Shown one piece after another: positions 1-8,450 of a DNA stretch of 32,000 nucleotides. Within the stretch, counting starts at the first letter, position 1; the number at the start of each line of letters is the position of its first letter. The stretch comes from Pirellula staleyi DSM 6068. Its GTDB lineage: Bacteria > Planctomycetota > Planctomycetia > Pirellulales > Pirellulaceae. The notes beneath the pieces were generated by a model. That model had not been told where the DNA came from, did no database searches, and worked only from the letters and a program-made list of their open reading frames with translations. A program made the translations under genes and the position numbers. Where the stretch lies: NCBI GenBank assembly GCA_000025185.1, contig CP001848.1, forward strand, positions 180,001 to 212,000, given 5' to 3'.

Positions 1-1
1 C

Positions 2-313
2 CAGCGTCTGCGCGAAATTCCTGCGACGGAGCGAGTGTTTCTGTTCATCAATATTGCGGCCATCCATCAGCCGAACTGCGGCTATGTGCCGGGGGCCACG
101 GCCGATTCGCTGGCGACCCACCGGGCAGCGCTGCGCTACGTCGATCGCTCGCTCGCGCCGCTGCTGGCGACCCTGAAACGTCGCGCCCCCTTCTTTGCCA
201 TCGTCTGCAGCGATCACGGCACAGCTTATGGCGAAGATGGCTATCATGGTCATCGCCTCAATCACCCGGTGGTGGGTGAGGTCCCGTACTTCGATTTCCT
301 CTGGGAGAGTTAA
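2..313 (+). CDS. C-terminal fragment of an alkaline-phosphatase/sulfatase-superfamily hydrolase (resembles the STM4013/SEN3800-type hydrolase family); 5' end lies outside the window
   Basis: Frame is open from the window edge (QRLREIPATERVFLF...) to TAA at 311-313. The C-terminal 'IVCSDHGTAYGEDGYHGH' resembles the metal-ligand 'SDHG...GxHG' end of sulfatase/phosphodiesterase-type enzymes. It lies directly upstream of two radical SAM genes. Confidence 0.6.
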   Translation, partial: QRLREIPATERVFLFINIAAIHQPNCGYVPGATADSLATHRAALRYVDRSLAPLLATLKRRAPFFAIVCSDHGTAYGEDGYHGHRLNHPVVGEVPYFDFLWES

Positions 314-601
314 ACGCTGCTAGTACTCCGCCTATCGATCCATGTCATTTTTGAGGGTGCCACTGGCATCTTGTCAGTGCAGAAGTTGGAAGGGGATGTT
401 TTGGGCGAAAGCTGCCTCTAACACAGAGTCCATTGACACTTCTCACTGGGCAGAGCCCAGTGGCACACTCGATTGCAGTCTACTCATGTTTCCTGACATT
501 GATCGATAGACGGAGTACTGGCGCGCGACATCCGAGCGCACAGCACTCCATCAGCCGCACTTCCAAAGTGATCTCTCGTTCGAACACGTTCCGCCGAACC
601 T

Positions 602-1942
602 ATGCTCGCAACTCCACCCCACACCTTGCTCGATCAGCTGCACGGCGATCCATATGTCGGCTATGCCTATTCGTATCCGCATAAAACGGCCTATCGCGCG
701 CTCGAGCCACGCACTCTTGGCGAGGTGTGGGAGCACGAATCGCGCTCGGCCCTGTCGCTCTACATTCACATTCCGTTTTGCGAAATGCGTTGCGGTTTTT
801 GTAACCTCTTCACCTACTCGCAGCCGGCCGACGACTGGGTGGCAAACTACCTGAGCGCTCTGGGGCGTCAGATGGAAGTGGTCGCCGAGCAGATTCCAGC
901 AGCCCAGTTTGCGCAGCTGGCGCTTGGTGGCGGAACTCCCACCTTTCTGCAAACGGCGGAACTCGCCCAGTTGCTCGAGCAGCTGAAGCGAGTGCTCGAC
1001 GTTCCGCTGGGAAACCTGCCGATCTCGGTCGAAGCTTCCCCCGCCACCACCGACGACGAAAAATTCGCGCTGCTGCGGCACTATGGCGTCACGCGGCTGA
1101 GCCTCGGGATTCAGAGCTTCGATGCCGACGATCTTGGTGCCATCGGGCGTCCTCAGAAGCACGACGATGTAACCCGCGCCATCGAGCGCATCCGTCGCGC
1201 CGGTTTTCCGATCCTCAATCTCGACCTGATCTACGGCGGGGAAGCGCAAACGCGCCGAGGGTGGCTCGAGTCGCTCCGCGCAGCCGCGCAGTACGAACCC
1301 GAAGAACTCTATCTCTATCCGCTGTATGTTCGGCCACTTACCGGACTCGGATCGCGCCCCGCGAAAGCTCCCTCCGATCAGCGGCTCGAGCGCTACCGCG
1401 AAGCGCGCGACTGGCTCCTCGCGAATCAGTACGAGCAAGTTTCGATGCGGATGTTCCGCCGCATGGGCCCATGCGAACAGACGACAACCCGCTACGCTTG
1501 TCAGTCCGATGGGATGATTGGACTCGGCGTCGGAGCACGTTCCTATACACGTCAGCTGCACTACGCCTCGCGCTTTGCCGTGCGACAAAAATCGATCCTC
1601 GGCATCATTCGGAACTACATCGAGCAATCGCCCGCCGAGATGGGGACTGTCGCGCATGGCATCGAGCTCCACAACGAGGAGCAGCGCCGCCGCTACCTGC
1701 TCCTCTCGTTGCTGCAAGTCGAGGGGCTTGATGCGCGGGCTTATCAGCAGCATTTCGCCTCCGATCTCTGGAACGATTTTCCACAGCTGCGCGGGCTGGT
1801 CGATCACCACCTGGCCACCTTCGAAGGCGAGTTGCTAGCGCTCACTCCGGCAGGGCTCGAGCTTTCCGACGCGATCGGGCCGTGGCTCTACTCCAGCGAA
1901 ATCCGCGAGCGCATGGAGGGGTATGCATGGACCGATGCTTAA
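602..1942 (+). CDS. HemN/HemW-like (class C type) radical SAM protein, STM4012-like
   Basis: ATG at 602. 'YIHIPFCEMRCGFCNLF' is the CxxxCxxC radical SAM cluster motif in HemN context. 'LGGGTPT', 'RLSLGIQSF' and 'NLDLIYG' are typical HemN-family blocks. 446 aa. Confidence 0.85.
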   Translation: MLATPPHTLLDQLHGDPYVGYAYSYPHKTAYRALEPRTLGEVWEHESRSALSLYIHIPFCEMRCGFCNLFTYSQPADDWVANYLSALGRQMEVVAEQIPAAQFAQLALGGGTPTFLQTAELAQLLEQLKRVLDVPLGNLPISVEASPATTDDEKFALLRHYGVTRLSLGIQSFDADDLGAIGRPQKHDDVTRAIERIRRAGFPILNLDLIYGGEAQTRRGWLESLRAAAQYEPEELYLYPLYVRPLTGLGSRPAKAPSDQRLERYREARDWLLANQYEQVSMRMFRRMGPCEQTTTRYACQSDGMIGLGVGARSYTRQLHYASRFAVRQKSILGIIRNYIEQSPAEMGTVAHGIELHNEEQRRRYLLLSLLQVEGLDARAYQQHFASDLWNDFPQLRGLVDHHLATFEGELLALTPAGLELSDAIGPWLYSSEIRERMEGYAWTDA

Positions 1943-2790
1943 CCATCCTCTATCGCGGGCCACTGTCGAGTTGCAACTACGGCTGCGACTACTGCCCCTT
2001 TGCCAAACATCACGAAACGGCGGCTGAACTGGCGCTCGACCGGCAGCAGCTCGAGCGATTCGTCGACTGGGTAACCACGCGCACCGATCAGCGCTGCGAC
2101 ATCTTTTTTACTCCCTGGGGCGAGGCCCTTACGCGACGCTGGTATCGCGAGGCGATGGTCCGTCTGAGCTGGCAGCCGCACGTCCGGCGCGTCGCCGTGC
2201 AAACGAATCTTTCAGCCGATCTGCAGTGGCTCGAGAAGAGCGAGCGCGAGCGGATCGGGCTCTGGTGCACCTATCATCCGGGGGAAGTGACGCACGCTAA
2301 GTTCCTGGACCAGTGCGCGCAGCTGCAGCAGCTTTCCATCCGTTTTAGTGTCGGCGTGGTGGGGCTCCGCGAGCATGCCGCCGAGATCGCAGCCCTGCGC
2401 GCTGCGCTCGACCGGTCGATCTACGTTTGGATCAATGCCTACAAGCGCGAGGCAAACTACTATCGGCCCGAGGAGATCGAGCAGTTCGTGGCGATCGATC
2501 CCCTGTTTCGGATCAACAACACGCGCCACGCAAGCCTCGGGCAAAGCTGCCGCACGGGCGAAACGGTGATCGCGGTCGACGGCGCGGGGGACGTGCGCCG
2601 CTGTCACTTCGTCCCGACAATCATCGGCAATATCTACGAGCCCGATTTCGAAGCTTGTCTCCAGCCGCGCACGTGCCCCAATGCGACCTGCGGCTGTCAT
2701 ATCGGCTACGTCCATCTGCCTCATCTGGCGCTCGATGAAGTCTTCCGCGAAGGGATTCTCGAGCGGATTCCCGCTCCCCGCGAAGCCTGA
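1927..2790 (+). CDS. Small radical SAM protein with a Cys-rich SPASM/twitch-like C-terminus, STM4011-like
   Basis: ATG at 1927 overlaps the upstream stop (1940-1942) by 16 nt, consistent with translational coupling; the track's longer ORF starts at GTG 1882. 'SSCNYGCDYCPF' is CxxxCxxC. The C-terminus reads 'CRTGETVIAVDGAGDVRRCHF..IGNIY...CPNATCGCH'. Confidence 0.8.
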   Translation: MDRCLTILYRGPLSSCNYGCDYCPFAKHHETAAELALDRQQLERFVDWVTTRTDQRCDIFFTPWGEALTRRWYREAMVRLSWQPHVRRVAVQTNLSADLQWLEKSERERIGLWCTYHPGEVTHAKFLDQCAQLQQLSIRFSVGVVGLREHAAEIAALRAALDRSIYVWINAYKREANYYRPEEIEQFVAIDPLFRINNTRHASLGQSCRTGETVIAVDGAGDVRRCHFVPTIIGNIYEPDFEACLQPRTCPNATCGCHIGYVHLPHLALDEVFREGILERIPAPREA

Positions 2791-3005
2791 TCGCGCAGCC
2801 TGCATTCACAATTGTCGTTCAAAGATTGTGGAACCCTCGGCGAATACGTTGCACCCAGCGCTTCGGAAAATCGTTTTCTCGCGCTGCAGGTTCCCCGCTC
2901 GCCGACAAACCGCTAGATTCAGCGCTCACAGAATCAAGTTCAACCTCGCCGCGAAAATCTCGCTGCGGGTGCTCCCTTTACTGCGATGTTCACGAGGCAC
3001 AGCTG

Positions 3006-4106
3006 ATGGGTCCGCAACCGAGTGTCGACGAAGATTTAGCCGAGGGTCTGCGCGGAGCGAAAAAATCGCCACGCAACTTTGCGCTCATTTGCAAAGGCCC
3101 GAAGCCGGTCAAGTTGATCGTGCAGAAAAAACCGGTCCGCGCGGGGGAACTCACCAAGGCCAAAACCGAGTCGAAAGGGACCGAGGTGATCGTCGGCACT
3201 GTCGAAGGAGATGGTGCCGATCATGTTTTCTCGGTTGTGGGAGAGGTGCCGAATGTGAAAACGTCGGCGCTCAAAGAATTCATCTCCGAGCAAGCGGGGC
3301 TCACCTGCAAACCACGCTTTCAGTCGGTGAAGCAGCTGGTTTCCGTCGGCGACGACGAACCGGAAACGGGCGCATCGCAAAGCAATGAAACGAGCTCAAG
3401 CACTGCTACGACTACCAAAAATAATTCGGCGAGCGAGCAGGAAACAAACGAGTCAGAAGCCGAAGAGTCCAATGATCTCGCGGAAGCGCGGCAAAAGCTG
3501 CTCGACGCCCTGAAGGGATTGATGCCGACCCTGCAAAAAGTGATTGGCGAGCAGCCAGGCCGACGCATCGCGCTATTGACCGATGTCGATCAGATCAAAA
3601 AGCAGGTCGCCACCGATCTGGCCGCAGCCCAGCAAGCCTTCGACACGCTGGTCGCTTCGCTCGGCGAAAATAATTCGGGCAACAATGAAAGCGCCGAGGG
3701 GAGCAAGGTCTCGCTTGTGAAACTCGGAATCGCGCGGGTCGAGTGGCGCACCACGCGCGACACCGCTGGGGCCGATCTTCGCAAACTCAAAGCGGCGATT
3801 GCAGAAGAATTTGGAGACGACAGCGAGCAAGCAGGCGCGCTCACCGCCGCGATGAAAACACTCGACAACCTGACCGTCGAAGTCGAGAACAACCTGCACG
3901 AACAGCTCGATGCGATCCTTAACGCCGAGGCCCAAGCACGTGGTCCGCTCGTGAAAGCGGCCAAGGCGACGATCAGCAAACTGACGACGCTGCTCGATAA
4001 CGACGAAGTGATGGTGGAGATCGACGACAACGAGTTCCTTCCTGGCATGCTCGTCGTCGCTCCGCTGAAGAAGAAGCTGCAAGACATTTCGGCAGCGATC
4101 GGCTAG
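3006..4106 (+). CDS. Hypothetical protein: small N-terminal beta-rich region, acidic S/T/N-rich linker, helical C-terminal half
   Basis: First ATG in the ORF is at 3006 (MGPQPSVDEDL...); upstream of it the ORF reads as Arg/Cys-rich noise. Coding-like GC3 bias. I recognise no family. Confidence 0.6.
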   Translation: MGPQPSVDEDLAEGLRGAKKSPRNFALICKGPKPVKLIVQKKPVRAGELTKAKTESKGTEVIVGTVEGDGADHVFSVVGEVPNVKTSALKEFISEQAGLTCKPRFQSVKQLVSVGDDEPETGASQSNETSSSTATTTKNNSASEQETNESEAEESNDLAEARQKLLDALKGLMPTLQKVIGEQPGRRIALLTDVDQIKKQVATDLAAAQQAFDTLVASLGENNSGNNESAEGSKVSLVKLGIARVEWRTTRDTAGADLRKLKAAIAEEFGDDSEQAGALTAAMKTLDNLTVEVENNLHEQLDAILNAEAQARGPLVKAAKATISKLTTLLDNDEVMVEIDDNEFLPGMLVVAPLKKKLQDISAAIG

Positions 4107-4204
4107 CGCGAGCCACACCCGCGCGACGTTTTCATCCACCTCACTATCACGCCCACGCGAGCCCTCTGCTTCGCCGGCGCTCTTTCGCATAAAGCAAACC
4201 GATC

Positions 4205-7200
4205 ATGGACAATCCTAAGCAAAAACGTGGCCTCGCCTCCGCACTTCGCTTGCGTCGACGCGCTCGAGGAAGCAGTGCTCTGCCGCCACCTCCAGTGATC
4301 CCCCTGCCACCTGTGCCACAGCCACCCCAGCAGCCGCCGGTACAGCCAGTGGTGCAGCAGCCAGGCTGGGCCCCCGCGCAAAAAAATATCCCAGCCAATG
4401 CTAAAGATTTGGTGGGGGGCGCGCGGCAAATGGCGCTCGCCAAACAGCATTTCGAAAAGGGGCTGAAAGAGGAGATGCCGACGATCCACAAGGCTAAGCA
4501 ATTTGTGCTGACCGTCGATGCTGAACGTATTTCGCAAACCAAGATCAAAGACGATGCGCCGATCGTCGCAGAACTCACCAACCTCTCGACGCTGCTGCAG
4601 CAGCAGGCCAAGACCCTCGAAACGCACACCACCGCCGTCCGCGCCGCCGTGGCTAACAAGGACTTCATCGCCGCTGATACTGAGTTCACGGCCGCCCTCA
4701 CACTCTCCACCACCATGCTGGCGGAAGATGCCAATTTTCAGGCGATCCTGCAGCGACATGGAAAATCGCCGGTGCTCGACCTGGCCGGGGATCGCAAGAC
4801 GATTTCCTCCGCAGGCAAAGAGTTCCGCCGCCGACTCGCCCTTTCGCAAGGGGTGGTCGAAGAGTTGCTCCAAACCGAGTCCGATAACACCGCTGTGAAG
4901 AAGAATATCGCGGAGTTGCAAAAGTCGTACGACGCGATGCAGCAGGCCGATGGGGAGGAGAAGTTCGACGTCGCCGATGGTCTGCTCAACGAAGTTGTCG
5001 AGGACGCCGAGGTGGTGCGGATGCTGGTGAAAGCAGCGCAGCAGTTCGAGGAGTCGGTGGCCCAGCTCAAGCCCGAAATGACCATGGTGAAGAAGTTTCG
5101 CGTGGCCAATCCCACCGACGCTCAGATGGCTAGTCAAGCCTTGGCCATTGCCGCTCATCAGCGCGCGCTCTCGGCAGCCGATCGGGGGAACTTCGTGAAG
5201 GCGAGCGAGGAACTCGGGACCGCACGCGCGGCAGCCTTCGAGCTATTTCCCGACGGTGCCACCGAAGCCCGCGCGTTTGAGTTCGGCTGGCAACAATCGC
5301 TCCCTCGAATCGAGGAGGCGCTGCGGGTGACTAGCGATAGCCCGTATGCCCAAAAGCTGCAGCAGGGAATTCGGGATGTCAAAGCACAGATTGAGAAAGA
5401 TGCCGAGAAACTGAAGTTCGAACGCGCGAGCCTGACGATCGACGATGCCCTGCTGCTGGTGCAAGGTTTGCGCTATGCTGTCGCCGACTGGGAGGTCTAT
5501 GTCGGCTCGAAGGAGCGTGTCGAGAGCGTGATCGCAAGCGCCGACAAAGTGAGCGCTAATTCCGATGCGCAAAAAGCATTTCGCACCACCTATGTCGCAG
5601 CGATGCAGCAGGCGGAAGTGGCCATTCATGCTGGCGATTTCCCACTGTCGAAGCAAAAACTGGGAGAAGCGCAAGAGGCTGCCCTGGGACTCCTCGCCAC
5701 TGGTCCGGGGGCCGATGCCCTGCAGTACTTCACCGAGGTCGATGCCGAGCAGAGTCGCTTGAAAGCGGCCGATAAAATCGTCCCCAAGTGTGGCGTCGTC
5801 ACTGAGGCGAAAGAGGCCTACGACGAAGCGCGTGAGTTCCTCCGCGGCTCGGTCGATCGCGCAGAATTCGATAGCGCGCTGGCCGAACTCGATCTCTGCC
5901 GCACCCGCGCCTATCAGCTCGAAACCGAGCACAAAAAGTACGAAGCAATCGAGCGTCTGCAAAACAGTTATCAAAGCGTGCTCGATGCCGCAGCCACTGC
6001 CGATGTCACCTTGCCCGGTGTCGCGGCAGCCAAGAACGAGTTCGACGACAAGCTCGAGTTTGTCGCGCCGTTGCTCGATACCAATCTCGATCAAGCGCTC
6101 GTCAAACTCAAAGAAGCAGTGACTCTCGCCCACAAGGTGAATGGCCTCATCGAACAAGCAGCCAAGCAAAAGAGTCGCAAACAAGAGCTCGACCAAACGA
6201 TCGGTCTGGCAGGCAAAACGTACCTGCCACCCGGCTCTACCGACGAGCTCTCGAAGGGAACGGTCGCCGGGACCGATACGCTGTGGGATTTCTTCTTGAT
6301 TGCGTCGAGCGTAGCGGAAACGACGCGCGATGCCGCCAGCTTCACGAACCTCGAGCTGGCTGCGAAGTCCTGGCTCGCCGACTTAAAGGCCCGCGATCCC
6401 AACGACCCGCAAGATCCCCAAGTGGCCAAGCGCAAGCAGGCGTGCGAAACCGCTATCAAGCAAGCCAAGCACTTGAAACTCGCCGCCCGATTCAGCGAGC
6501 TCGGAGATCTTCCGTGGGATGCCGCCACCGAAGACAAAGCGGCCGACCTGCAGATGCAAGCGTTGTTTGAAACAGGCGACCGTCCGATGGAGCAAGCGGG
6601 CGATAGCGCGTTTGGTGCCAAGTGGATCGTGAGCCAGGACTTTGCCAATGGCGAAGGGAAACGCGAGTTCGTTTACAAAGCGGCCTTTGAAACCGATGCG
6701 TCCGAGATTCAAGGCTTCCCACGAGGGAGCGAACCGGTGCGCGAAGTGCTCGGTGACGAGCTCGCCAAACAACTCAAGGCGATGACCGGCCTGGAAATGA
6801 ACGTTCCCGAAACGCGTATCGTTTCAGTCGATAGCGAGAAACTCAATCCGGCCGATCCAGGGCGGAGTGTGATCGGCTCGGCGCAGGCAGCAGCGCCGAC
6901 CATCGGCAGCGTGGTGAAGCTGAAGGATTCGAATCCCGAGGCGATGAAAAAAGTGACTCCCAAATCGGCGCAGAAAGCCGCGCTGTTCGATGCCCTCGCG
7001 CTGAACGTCGATCGTCACGGCAACAATTTCCTCGTCACCCCTCCGGGCGAGTCGGGGGAGAGCGAACTGGTGCCGATCGACAACGGACTCGCCTTCCCAT
7101 CGCGGGAAGGGATGGAAGCGCGGCGCGGCCGCAATGCCTCGATGAGTGCCTTTTCCGATATCCGTTCGGCCTACGAACCGTTCGATCCCGAGATCCTCGC

Positions 7201-8338
7201 CGGAATCGAGATGATCGACGAAACCACGCTGATCGCCGGGATGAAAGCCCGCACCAATACGCTGCAAGCCGAGCAGCCCGCACTGAATGTGAAGACGGTC
7301 ACTCCCGACGCGCAGATGGATCTCCTGGCGCGGAACATCAAGTTCCTCAAGAAAGCGGCTCCGCGCGTTTCTCCAGCGGTGATGATGGACCTGCTGATGG
7401 AAAACGCCGTGGCGATTTTCGATTCCCCCGACGCTGATTTCGAGACTGCCATCGAAGCGGTGATCCAAAAGGGAGAAACTCGCGACAAGCACCTCGCTCC
7501 GCTGCTCGACATGACCGACGAGGAAAAACTGACGCTCTACACCGATCTGTGGAAGCTCGGATGGTGCCACGGCTACGGCAACCCACGCAAGAATCCCGGT
7601 GGCGCGGCCGCCACGCTGCTCTTCAAAGTCTGGTGCCTTCGGAACCCGCGCGAAGCGCTCACCCTCACGCGGCGCAAGAAGCCCAATCCAGCGATCCTGG
7701 CCGAAACGGCCCGCTATGTCCAAGAGATCAAAAACGTCGATCCGGCGAGCGACATCGACGCCAAACTCGCTGGCCTCTCTCCTTCCGAAGCACGCGACAA
7801 AGCCCATCTGGTCCTTCGCGGCGACATGATGAAGAAGGGGGTAAAGGAAGTGAAGCAGATCCAAAAACTCGAAGCCGACTTCCTGGTCGAATTCCCCGGC
7901 GAACCGTGGGATCCGCGCGACAGCGACGCCTATCGCCTCTATCAGAAGTACAACGCCAAAAGCTTTGCCGAGGTGAATGGCCAAAAACTCGACAACCTGC
8001 CCTTTGCTGATCGCTGGAATTTGCTCGAAGAATACCTGAAAAATCTCGAGAAAGAAGCACTCAAGGGAGAACTTGATGTCATTCGCCAATCCCCTCCGTT
8101 CCTCGAAATGAACGCCGCGTTTGGCAAGTATGGAGAGCGGGTCACTATTCCGAGCTACTACAAAACGGAAGCAGCCCTCGGCATGCTCACCGCTTGGGAA
8201 GAGCTGAAAGCGCTCGGTGGTATCACCGCCTTCATCGATTGCGGCGGCGACTGCGAAGCGATTGGTGGTGGACCGGAGTACATGCTCGCCGTCGTCCGGG
8301 GCGCTCGATCGGCCCAAGGCATCGACGTCGATGCATAA
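4205..8338 (+). CDS. Giant (1377 aa) protein: basic/Pro-rich N-terminus, about 7 degenerate ~75-80-aa helical repeats, then a PI3/PI4-kinase-family (type II PI4K-like) catalytic core and a ~400-aa unknown C-terminal region
   Basis: ATG at 4205 and a single uninterrupted ORF. Kinase-like motifs: 'EFVYKAAFE' (Lys codon 6677-6679), 'SEPVREVLGDELAKQL..EMNVPETRIV', 'LALNVDRHGNNFLV' (Asp codon 7010-7012), 'VPIDNGLAFP' (Asp codon 7079-7081). Confidence 0.85.
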   Translation: MDNPKQKRGLASALRLRRRARGSSALPPPPVIPLPPVPQPPQQPPVQPVVQQPGWAPAQKNIPANAKDLVGGARQMALAKQHFEKGLKEEMPTIHKAKQFVLTVDAERISQTKIKDDAPIVAELTNLSTLLQQQAKTLETHTTAVRAAVANKDFIAADTEFTAALTLSTTMLAEDANFQAILQRHGKSPVLDLAGDRKTISSAGKEFRRRLALSQGVVEELLQTESDNTAVKKNIAELQKSYDAMQQADGEEKFDVADGLLNEVVEDAEVVRMLVKAAQQFEESVAQLKPEMTMVKKFRVANPTDAQMASQALAIAAHQRALSAADRGNFVKASEELGTARAAAFELFPDGATEARAFEFGWQQSLPRIEEALRVTSDSPYAQKLQQGIRDVKAQIEKDAEKLKFERASLTIDDALLLVQGLRYAVADWEVYVGSKERVESVIASADKVSANSDAQKAFRTTYVAAMQQAEVAIHAGDFPLSKQKLGEAQEAALGLLATGPGADALQYFTEVDAEQSRLKAADKIVPKCGVVTEAKEAYDEAREFLRGSVDRAEFDSALAELDLCRTRAYQLETEHKKYEAIERLQNSYQSVLDAAATADVTLPGVAAAKNEFDDKLEFVAPLLDTNLDQALVKLKEAVTLAHKVNGLIEQAAKQKSRKQELDQTIGLAGKTYLPPGSTDELSKGTVAGTDTLWDFFLIASSVAETTRDAASFTNLELAAKSWLADLKARDPNDPQDPQVAKRKQACETAIKQAKHLKLAARFSELGDLPWDAATEDKAADLQMQALFETGDRPMEQAGDSAFGAKWIVSQDFANGEGKREFVYKAAFETDASEIQGFPRGSEPVREVLGDELAKQLKAMTGLEMNVPETRIVSVDSEKLNPADPGRSVIGSAQAAAPTIGSVVKLKDSNPEAMKKVTPKSAQKAALFDALALNVDRHGNNFLVTPPGESGESELVPIDNGLAFPSREGMEARRGRNASMSAFSDIRSAYEPFDPEILAGIEMIDETTLIAGMKARTNTLQAEQPALNVKTVTPDAQMDLLARNIKFLKKAAPRVSPAVMMDLLMENAVAIFDSPDADFETAIEAVIQKGETRDKHLAPLLDMTDEEKLTLYTDLWKLGWCHGYGNPRKNPGGAAATLLFKVWCLRNPREALTLTRRKKPNPAILAETARYVQEIKNVDPASDIDAKLAGLSPSEARDKAHLVLRGDMMKKGVKEVKQIQKLEADFLVEFPGEPWDPRDSDAYRLYQKYNAKSFAEVNGQKLDNLPFADRWNLLEEYLKNLEKEALKGELDVIRQSPPFLEMNAAFGKYGERVTIPSYYKTEAALGMLTAWEELKALGGITAFIDCGGDCEAIGGGPEYMLAVVRGARSAQGIDVDA

Positions 8339-8370
8339 CCCCCGTGCCCGTGACAAAAAATAACCTGCGT

Positions 8371-8392
8371 AGCAGCAGCCTGCTGCTTTTTA
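8371..8392 (+). terminator. Putative rho-independent terminator after the giant gene
   Basis: agcagca-gcc-tgctgct stem-loop (8371-8387) running into a T5 tract, 33 nt after the stop at 8338. Confidence 0.5.
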
Positions 8393-8396
8393 ACTT

Positions 8397-8426
8397 GGAG
8401 GCCGCTGCTACAACGTAGCGGCCTCC
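8397..8426 (+). terminator. Second GC-rich hairpin, possibly a tandem or bidirectional terminator element
   Basis: ggaggccgct (8397-8406) pairs with agcggcctcc (8417-8426), leaving a 10-nt loop. No U-tract follows. Confidence 0.3.
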
Positions 8427-8450
8427 ACAGCCACACTCCGCCACGCTTGT

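Noticed and set aside
551-1810. 419-aa ORF on the minus strand overlapping the HemN-like gene
   Set aside because: It is antisense to a gene with clear radical SAM motifs. Its translation is Arg/Gly/Leu-rich with no motifs, which is typical of a high-GC shadow ORF.
2826-3005. Upstream extension of the 3006-4106 gene (the track start at 2826), and ORF 2681-3388
   Set aside because: The extension is Arg/Cys/Ser-rich and unlike the rest of the protein, and the first ATG with protein-like sequence is at 3006. ORF 2681-3388 overlaps the end of the rSAM gene in another frame.
4103-8356. Series of long minus-strand ORFs (4103-5158, 5243-6196, 6091-6648, 6824-8356)
   Set aside because: All are antisense to the uninterrupted 1377-aa plus-strand ORF. 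Their low-complexity, Arg/Leu/Gly-rich products are shadow ORFs caused by GC3 bias.
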